Source: an uncultured Solirubrobacterales bacterium (GTDB lineage: Bacteria > Actinomycetota > Thermoleophilia > Solirubrobacterales > 70-9). Taken from it: DNA of 64,000 nucleotides. Where the stretch lies: NCBI GenBank assembly GCA_963740055.1, contig CAVUCL010000002.1, forward strand, positions 24,849 through 88,848, read 5' to 3'. Below are positions 58,286 to 64,000 of this stretch, one piece after another. The position numbers and the translations under genes are program-made. Under the pieces are notes generated by a model that was not told the DNA's origin, made no database searches, and saw only the letters and a program-made list of their open reading frames with translations. Numbering within the stretch: position 1 is the stretch's first letter; each line of letters opens with the position of its first letter.

Positions 58286-58534
58286 TCAGCGCTTCTTAGC
58301 CTTGGCCTTCGTCTTGCGCTTGCCCTTGCCACTCGACGCGCCGGCTCGCTTGGTGACCGACCCCGCGGCGCCCTTGGCGGTGCTGCCGACCGCCTTGGCG
58401 GCCTTTGTGACGCTCTTTCCGGCGCTTCGCGCCGAGCTTTTGACGTCCTTTGCGCTGGACTTTGCCGCGTTGCGCTTGCGCGTTGCGGCTCCCTTCTTCG
58501 CTGCGGCGCTGCGTTGAGCCTTGGTCCGTGACAT
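58286..58534 (-). CDS. Lys/Ala-rich histone-H1-like basic protein
   Basis: ATG at 58534 with AGGAGG 6 nt upstream. 82 aa: MSRTKAQRSAAAKKGAATRKRNAAKSSAKD...GKGKRKTKAKAKKR. Confidence 0.6.
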   Translation of the reverse strand: MSRTKAQRSAAAKKGAATRKRNAAKSSAKDVKSSARSAGKSVTKAAKAVGSTAKGAAGSVTKRAGASSGKGKRKTKAKAKKR

Positions 58535-58637
58535 GGCTGTCCTCCTGTTCGCGAAAGCGAGAAGTCTAAGCGCACACCTGGTCGATTGAGGCATGGCCCC
58601 AACGTCAGCTGATGCGGCCGGGCGGAAGCCGGTCGAG

Positions 58638-58736
58638 TCATCAGCTGTCACGCCGGGAAGCGCATTCGCTCGACTATTCGTGCGTCGTAGCGAGAAACGA
58701 ATCGGGCCACGTATCGGATCTCGCTACGACGCACGG
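58638..58736 (+). repeat. R2 repeat, copy B (contains an intact long hairpin)
   Basis: Shares CATTCGCTCGAC.ATTCGTGCGTCGTAGCGAGAAACGAATCGGGCC with copy C. 58680-58694 (GTGCGTCGTAGCGAG) pairs perfectly with 58720-58734 (CTCGCTACGACGCAC) across a 25-nt loop. Confidence 0.6.
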
Positions 58737-58805
58737 CCAGGCACGGAGAAGTACCGATTTGCATGGAAAGCGCAACATCCATAAGCGCGTGATTAGCTGT
58801 CGGGG

Positions 58806-59219
58806 ATGCCTAAGCGCCTGCTGATAGCTGCCGGCGAGGCCGCTGACAGAGCGGACGCGCTGCCATTCGGAGTCCCCGAACTCATCGAGGCGGCAGATGA
58901 GGTCCTCGTTATCACCCCGGCCCTACCGACTCGCTTCGAGTGGCTCGCGTCGGCTACCGACAAGGCACGCGAGCAGGCGGATGTGCGGCTTCGAGAGGTT
59001 CTCACCCAAATCGAAGAGCTAGGCGCTGAGGCCGATGGTGAGGTTGGAGCGGATGACCCGATGCTGGCCTTCGAGGACGCGCTGCGGGACTTTCCGGCCG
59101 ATCACATCCTGGTGGGCCTTCGTTCAGCGGATCATGCCGGCTGGCAGGAGCGCGGTCTGTTGGATCAGTTACTGGAGCGCTTCGCGCGCCCGGTCACGGT
59201 CTTCTCGCTCGGCGACTAG
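58806..59219 (+). CDS. hypothetical protein
   Basis: 137 aa acidic protein (MPKRLLIAAGEAADRADALPFGVPELIEAADEVLVITPALP...ADHILVGLRSADHAGWQERGL...). Lower-GC codons than the core genome. Confidence 0.5.
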   Translation: MPKRLLIAAGEAADRADALPFGVPELIEAADEVLVITPALPTRFEWLASATDKAREQADVRLREVLTQIEELGAEADGEVGADDPMLAFEDALRDFPADHILVGLRSADHAGWQERGLLDQLLERFARPVTVFSLGD

Positions 59220-59228
59220 CGGTCTAGG

Positions 59229-59340
59229 CCGCTTTGGACTAAAAGCGATAGCCGGCGATCAGGCCGCTAGGCGTACTCGCTCGACGATCCGTGCGTCGTA
59301 GCGAGAAACGAATCGGGCCCCCGATCCGAACCTGCGAAGG
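59229..59340 (+). repeat. R2 repeat, copy C (directly abuts the arm repeat)
   Basis: See copies A and B. It begins 10 nt after the stop of the 58806..59219 gene and ends 2 nt before the arm repeat. Confidence 0.6.
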
Positions 59341-59342
59341 TC

Positions 59343-59495
59343 GTGGTACCGCTTTGGTACCCACTGCTGCGTCCAATGCGTCCAGAACGTCCACGGCGGT
59401 GGACGATGGGGACGCGGGGGACGCTCCGGGACGCATCTACGCCGACCGCGTCGCTGGGGGCCGAGCGGTCGCTGGTTCAAATCCAGTCGCCCGGA
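59343..59495 (+). repeat. arm repeat plus tRNA-Pro 3' core copy (attR-like junction 1)
   Basis: GTGGTACCGCTTTGGTACC...CGTCCAGAACGTCCACGGCGGTGGACGATGGGGACGCGGGGGACGCTCCGGGACGCATCTAC..., then the core. It matches 63116-63271 nearly base for base. Confidence 0.7.
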
Positions 59496-59496
59496 T

Positions 59497-59790
59497 CAGA
59501 GCGAAAGCGGGCTCGCCAAACGGGTTTTCGACCGCGCCGCACAGCTCTCGGGTATCCCGCCGTATTCGCACGGTACCGCCGCTGGTGCCAACTGGGCCAT
59601 CGACTATTTCGAGGCCCTGCACCCGTACTCGGCCGGTGGCGCGTACGTAAACAAGATGATGGACGAGGGTCAGGAGCGGGTCCGCGCCAGCTACCGCGAC
59701 ACCTACGGCCGCCTCGCGCAAACCAAGGCGACCTACGATGAGGACAAACCCTTTCTCCGCGTCAATCAGAACCTTGAGCCGAAGGCGTAG
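59497..59790 (+). pseudogene. 3' fragment of an FAD-linked oxidase (berberine-bridge-enzyme-like C-terminus)
   Basis: Own translation with no start codon: ...ANWAIDYFEALHPYSAGGAYVNKMMDEGQERVRASYRDTYGRLAQTKATYDEDKPFLRVNQNLEPKA*. This is the BBE-domain tail pattern (YVN...Y..NY.RL...K..YDP.N.F..NQNI.P). The open frame begins at the core copy. Confidence 0.5.
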
Positions 59791-60101
59791 AGCTCTGCGG
59801 CGGTCGGTCCAGCAGTACGAGCAGACAAGACCGGCAGCGACACTTCTTTGGCGCCGACGACCCTCGAAAGGCGAACAGCCTGAGCGTGCACGGGGGATAG
59901 ATACGAATCCGTAGCCGACCGAACATTTGTTTGGGCAGCGGCTGAGTCCGGGTACAGCGAGGGTTGCAGGCAGCTTTGCGTCGGCAAGGGCGATGACAAC
60001 CTGCTAACACCGGCTGGGAGCAAATGGGCGGGAGTGGCTTACAGTCACCCTGGCACGGCCCACGGCGGGAGAGAGAGCAAAGGAACGGAGAACGGAAACC
60101 T

Positions 60102-60434
60102 ATGGAAGCAGGAACCAAGACCGGGGGGTACCGTGCGGGGCAGGGCGACTCAGTTCGTCACACCGGCATCGTCCGGCGCCTGACGACGGAGACCAAGCAG
60201 GCCTTCAAGACCACCGAGTTTTGGGCCATGGTCGGGGTCGTCGGTGGCGATCCTCGGTCAGCGCGGCCGCGGATCAACGGCGGCGACACCAGCGGAACCG
60301 ATGAGCTCATCGCCCGCCAGGCGTGGCTCTACGTCGCGATCGTCGCCAGCGCCTATCTGATCAGTCGCGGTCTGGCCAAGGCCGGTTCGAGCGATCCTAG
60401 ACGGATCGCACGACGACAACAACGGAAGTCGTAA
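60102..60434 (+). CDS. small hypothetical (membrane?) protein, possibly internally frame-disturbed
   Basis: ATG at 60102 after AAAGGAACGGAG. KTTEFWAMVGVV... and ...ARQAWLYVAIVASAYLISRGLAKAGSSDP look like two TM segments. The stretch between them is Arg/Gly-rich and atypical. Confidence 0.35.
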   Translation: MEAGTKTGGYRAGQGDSVRHTGIVRRLTTETKQAFKTTEFWAMVGVVGGDPRSARPRINGGDTSGTDELIARQAWLYVAIVASAYLISRGLAKAGSSDPRRIARRQQRKS

Positions 60435-60559
60435 CTAGGACCGCAAAGCGGGGTGCAGGCGGAAGCCGGCGCACCTTGTACCCAGACCGGCCGGGCCCCC
60501 CTTTGGGGGCTGCGGCCGGTCGTTGATAACCGAGTCAGCAATCGAAGGGATCTAGCCCC

Positions 60560-61007
60560 ATGGCCGCACAGAGAAGACCCAGCGCCAGCCAGCCGCCAAG
60601 AAGGCCGCTGCGACGCGCAAGCGAAACTCCGCCGTCAGAGCGGTGGAACCGCCAAGGCCTCCGCTCGCCGGACGAGGAGTTCCGCGCAGCGCACCGGGCG
60701 GGCCGCGAGCACGACCGCCAAGCAGGCCGCCCGCGCAGCCTCCCGTCGCGCCAACGCGGAGACGACCCGCCTTGGCGGCGTCGCCCACCAAGCCGAGCGT
60801 GCTGTTCTGATTCCGGTCGGCGCCGCGTTGGAAGCGCGCGACCGAGTCACGGACACGGTTCGCACCTACAGCGACACCCGGCTCACTCGTCAGGAACTGA
60901 ATCGATTGAGCGACGGGGTGCCGAGGCGCTCGGGCGTGGGCGACGCGCACGCAGCGGAGCGTCGGGCTAGGCACGCTTCGCGGGTTGCCACGTGGACCGG
61001 CTCGTAG
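60560..61007 (+). pseudogene. Lys/Ala-rich N-terminus fused to a conserved helical domain, apparently frameshifted
   Basis: Three frames carry successive pieces: MAAQR, then KTQRQPAAKKAAATRKRNSA (resembles the 58286..58534 protein), then SGGTAKASARR...LGGVAHQAERAVLIPVGAALEARDRVTDTVRTYSD. Confidence 0.35.
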
Positions 61008-61026
61008 GCTCTTCGAGTGCGGATCG

Positions 61027-61821
61027 TGAGCTGGAATGTCGCGCGACTCAGGGAGCGCTTAGCCGAACAGGCTGCCGCGCTCGCGGGCGCGAACCGGACG
61101 TGGTCGCGCTTCAGGAGGTCACTCGACGCACGCTCCCGTTGTGGAACGCCGCGCTCGCGACGCTCGGACTAACCCACATTCGCGCCTCACTCGATCACGC
61201 CGACCCCGCCCGGCAGCCGGCAGCTCGGCGACGCACCGGGTCCTCCTCAGCTCCCGTGCTCCGCTGACAGACGCCTCGACGACCCTGTCCGTCCCGTGGC
61301 CGGAGACTGCCCTCGCGGCAACCACGTCATCGGTGGCCACCGGTGTCGTGGAGCTCCATTGCGTTCACGTCCCGAATGCGGCAAATGGGTGGGTAAAGAT
61401 CCGGACTTTGGAGGCCATCCGGAGCGGGCTCGCCGGCGGCCCGCCAACGCCGCGGGTGCTGTGCGGGGATCTCAATACCCCGCGCCGCGAGCTGCCCAGC
61501 GGAGAGGTGATCTCGTTTGCCCGGGACTCCCGGGGCCGCCTTCGTCCAGAACGCGGAACCGAATGGGATAGCGCTGAGCTGGGCGTCGTTCCGGGGCTTC
61601 GGGACGTGGGCTACGAGGATGCCTTTCGAACCCTCCACGGCTACGCGAGCCAGGAGCCGAGTTGGACCTGGCGGCGCATAGCGGGCCACGACGGCGGTTG
61701 GCGCCTGGATCACCTCTTCGCGTCAAAGGAGCTTCGCCCCGTCGCGGCTATGTATCACCACGGATGGCGCGAGCTCGGCCTCAGCGACCATTCGCCGCTC
61801 GAGGTCGATCTCCGGACGTAA
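61027..61821 (+). pseudogene. endonuclease/exonuclease/phosphatase (EEP) family protein with two frameshifts
   Basis: VRIVSWNVARLRERLAEQAAALAG (frame a), EPDVVALQEVTRRTLPLWNAALATLGL...(frame b), and ...VELHCVHVPNAANGW...VLCGDLNTPR...WRLDHLFAS...GLSDHSPLEVDL (ORF 61141..61821). Confidence 0.65.
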
Positions 61822-62112
61822 GGTTGACGCGGCCCCGCCGTGCCTGCAGTTACTCGTCGACGAAAGCGAGCCCTCAACGTTTCCGCTCGACGCCGGCCCC
61901 GGCAGCTCGGGGATGCCGAGCAGGGCAGCCTCGCGCCAGCGGCACTCTCTTCGCACTTTGTCGGCCTGATGATCGCGCGGTGAACTGGCGAGCATCGCCA
62001 ATCGTTTCGCTTGCGGCCATCCTTCTGGGTCCTGCCGCTGGCGATAACGACTGGTGCGGGGTTCCACGGGGTCTCGGGGTCGAAGTCCCTGTCGCGAAAC
62101 CGCTGTTCTCCG

Positions 62113-62451
62113 CTAGGTATCGCTGCGTGGATCGAGCCGCTCGAGCTTCTCGTCGAGCTCCGGCGGCTTCTCAACGATCGCCCAGACCTCGTGTCGCTCG
62201 ATCACGATTTCGACGTCCGGAATCTCGTGGCCCGGCACGATGACGAAGTGGCGCGAGTCGGCGCGCACCTTCTCGTAGTCGGCTTTGCGAAGGAGCACCT
62301 TCTCGCGGCAATGTGGATCTGCGCACTCACAGAAGTACTGCTCAGTCTGGGACTGAACATGCTGCTCTTCCCAGTCCGCCATCCGCTCGTTGGCGGTGCG
62401 GAATAGGGCCTCGTTTTCGGCAAGTCGTTTTTCGCGGGGAGTTGCAGTCAT
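62113..62451 (-). CDS. hypothetical protein
   Basis: 112 aa: MTATPREKRLAENEALFRTANERMADWEEQH...YFCECADPHCREKVLL...HFVIVPGHEIPDVEIVIERHEVWAIVEK. Intact, coding-like, no family recognised. Confidence 0.5.
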   Translation of the reverse strand: MTATPREKRLAENEALFRTANERMADWEEQHVQSQTEQYFCECADPHCREKVLLRKADYEKVRADSRHFVIVPGHEIPDVEIVIERHEVWAIVEKPPELDEKLERLDPRSDT

Positions 62452-62483
62452 GGGTTTCGCGAGGAGCCTACCGAGCCGGCTCC

Positions 62484-62894
62484 TCAGGACATGGGTGCGA
62501 GCTCGAACCAGATGTCGCTCGAAGGCGCGTTGACGCCCCAGCGGGAAGCGAGCACGTCAACGATCCGCAGTCCAAGGCCGCTGTCGCGGACATTCCGCGG
62601 CGCCGCGAACCCCACCGGGCCCTGGCCTCCGTCACTGACGGTCCCACGTATGACTCCACCGGGTGTGACTCCGATCACGACCGCGATCGGACCTCCGGTC
62701 CCGTGGCGGACCGAGTTGTCGACCAACTCGGTGACGACCATCCGCAGGTCGTGGAGCGTCGAAGCCGGAAGAAGGTCGGTAAGTCCACCGAGGCGCCGTC
62801 GGGCCGTCCTGTCGGCGCTCGGCACGCTGTCGAGGAGGATGTCGAGGCCTGACGAGCCGTCGCTTCGCGTCCACGGCGTCGCCCTGACATCCAT
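62484..62894 (-). CDS. HATPase_c-type ATP-binding protein (RsbW/SpoIIAB-like anti-sigma kinase fold)
   Basis: ATG at 62894 after AGGAGGGAG. LRMVVTELVDNSVRHG...VSDGGQG...DSGLGLRIVDVLASRWGV gives the N, G1 and G2 boxes. Confidence 0.65.
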   Translation of the reverse strand: MDVRATPWTRSDGSSGLDILLDSVPSADRTARRRLGGLTDLLPASTLHDLRMVVTELVDNSVRHGTGGPIAVVIGVTPGGVIRGTVSDGGQGPVGFAAPRNVRDSGLGLRIVDVLASRWGVNAPSSDIWFELAPMS

Positions 62895-63115
62895 TTGTCT
62901 CCCTCCTGGGCGACCCCACCGCCCGTGGTCCGAGCCGTGTGGCCCGGCATGGTCTATGCCTTGGCGGGAAGCCGATCCGCGGGCCGCGGGAACGGTCCGG
63001 CCAAGTTCACGTGTACCCGAAAGCGGTCGCCGGCAACAGGCTTCGCCGTCGACTGCTAGGCCGGCGCCTTCGGAGAAACGCGCTTCCCATACAAGGGCGG
63101 TACTTCCCGGCGGGG

Positions 63116-63271
63116 GTGGTACCGCCCTGGTACCGACTGCTACGTCCCATCCGTCCAGAACGTCCACGGCGGTGGACGATGGGGACGCGGGGGACGCTCC
63201 GGGACGCATCTACACCGACCGTCTGCCGGCTGGGGGCCGAGCGGTCGCTGGTTCAAATCCAGTCGCCCCGA
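63116..63271 (+). repeat. arm repeat plus exact tRNA-Pro 3' core copy (attR-like junction 2)
   Basis: See 59343..59495. The core 63227-63271 is identical to 57397-57441. A weak R2-like stretch precedes it (about 63013-63115). Confidence 0.7.
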
Positions 63272-63368
63272 TTCCGAAAGCTCGCTTCCGGTGCGGGCTT
63301 TCAGCTCGTCTGGGGTCGTTGACAGGTTGGGTCGCGGCAACTGTGGTACCAAGCGCAAACCAACGGAT

Positions 63369-63410
63369 CTGGGGCCGAGCGGTAGCTGGTTCTAATTCAG
63401 TCGCCCCAAC
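63369..63410 (+). repeat. degenerate fourth copy of the tRNA-Pro 3' core
   Basis: CTGGGGCCGAGCGGTAGCTGGTTCTAATTCAGTCGCCCCAA against CTGGGGGCCGAGCGGTCGCTGGTTCAAATCCAGTCGCCCCGA: about 85% identity with one missing G. Confidence 0.55.
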
Positions 63411-63571
63411 TAGGCGTGAACGATGCGAGGAAGGCGAAACCCGATTCTGTGTCCCACCACGCGCTCCGGCGCCAAGGAGCCGAGTCGCTCACCGGCTCCG
63501 GCGAACCGCTCGCCGAACGTTCGCTATTCCCACCGCAGCCCTGCCACGACGTCTGATCATAAGATCGGCGG

Positions 63572-64000
63572 ATGAATACGCCGCGCGAGCGCCTGCTCAA
63601 GCAGTTTCTCGTCGCGCCGGGCGAGGCGCCAACCTCGCCGGCAGGGACCCGGGATCAACCGGAGGCTCGGCGTTCGCAGAACTCGCTCAGGAGGGGCTGG
63701 AGGTGCGGGCTAGGGACGCAATCGCACGCGCATCACGGAGCTCCGCGAGGCACAGGAGCTGCTCTGGACGACCGACAGGTACCGGTGGTCTCGTAGCGCT
63801 ATGAGGACATCAACGCCTTCGAGCGCCACCTCGGCGTGGGCGCCGTGGCATGTGATCCCAGCCGACCATTGGTGGGTGGCGCAGGCGATCGTGGCTTCGG
63901 TGCTCGTGGAAAAGCTGCACTCGATCCTCAGCGGCCCGAGGTCTCCGCCGCGGACCACGCCGCCAACCTGGAGGCCCGCGAGGCCCTCGAGGCCGAGCAG
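63572..64000 (+). pseudogene. polyphosphate kinase 2 (PPK2) family remnant with internal deletions and frame changes (runs to window end)
   Basis: MNTPRERLLKQFLVAPGE..., then RYEDINAFERHL, then in another frame APWHVIPADHWWVAQAIVASVLVEKLHSIL. The P-loop region normally between these blocks is missing. Confidence 0.5.

Larger units (their letters stand above)
57442..63410. mobile_element. array of degenerate integrative islands inserted at the 3' end of tRNA-Pro (no recombinase left in the window)
   Basis: The last 45 nt of tRNA-Pro (57397-57441) recur exactly at 63227-63271, with 1-2 changes at 59454-59495, and in degenerate form at 63369-63410, all in direct orientation. The interval has visibly lower GC, repeat families and mostly broken genes. 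Confidence 0.5.

Noticed and set aside
58141-59340. R2 repeats as a repeated coding motif (translations ...EKRIGP... appear in three plus-strand ORFs)
   Set aside because: The shared peptide is only ~8 residues. The surrounding frames contain stops or differ between copies, and the ORFs are short with no RBS. The conservation is at nucleotide level, including the hairpin arms.
57452-59433. Short tandem GGGGACG/CGTCCCC units as a CRISPR-like array
   Set aside because: There are only three units of 7-8 nt with 1-4 nt spacing. There are no spacers of CRISPR size and no cas genes anywhere in the window.
57442-64000. Search for an integrase, excisionase, transposase, relaxase or phage gene in the island region
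   Set aside because: Reading all six frames of this interval, I found no recognisable recombinase motif (no R..HxxR..Y tyrosine-recombinase pattern, no DDE, no serine-recombinase N-terminus). The island call therefore rests only on the repeats and gene decay.

Overview
High-GC (about 70%) actinobacterium-like chromosomal segment, densely coding on both strands, with no rRNA, CRISPR array, integrase or transposase that I could find. Four themes are visible. (1) Acyl-CoA / C2-C4 carbon metabolism: crotonyl-CoA carboxylase/reductase, ethylmalonyl-CoA mutase, a Chloroflexus-type malyl-CoA lyase, a MaoC hydratase, an acyl-CoA dehydrogenase followed by two SCP2 genes, HMG-CoA lyase, 3-hydroxybutyryl-CoA dehydrogenase, a carboxyltransferase, a SucCD-like ligase, and PEP carboxykinase. 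(2) Coenzyme F420: fbiC, cofE, cofC, cofD and npdG, plus LLM-class and DDN-class enzymes. (3) A metal module made of a Tat-exported two-domain multicopper oxidase, a ZIP transporter and a DtxR-family regulator. (4) A tRNA cluster (Leu-CAA, Leu-TAG, Trp, Gly, Pro). Downstream of tRNA-Pro(GGG) lies a 6 kb lower-GC stretch bounded and subdivided by three further copies of the tRNA 3' end. It contains long arm-type repeats, short iterons, a second structured repeat family and mostly decayed genes. I read it as a tandem array of degenerate, integrase-less integrative islands, and it is the least explained part of the window. The other striking feature is a very uneven distribution of frame disruptions. 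An acetoacetyl-CoA synthetase gene, the adjacent M28 peptidase gene and fbiC each need many single-base corrections, almost all +1 insertions. Long neighbouring genes are intact. This could be local consensus error or real decay; the sequence alone cannot decide. Coordinates of start codons are my own choices and are often uncertain. Products are inferred from motif recognition only, since no searches were possible.
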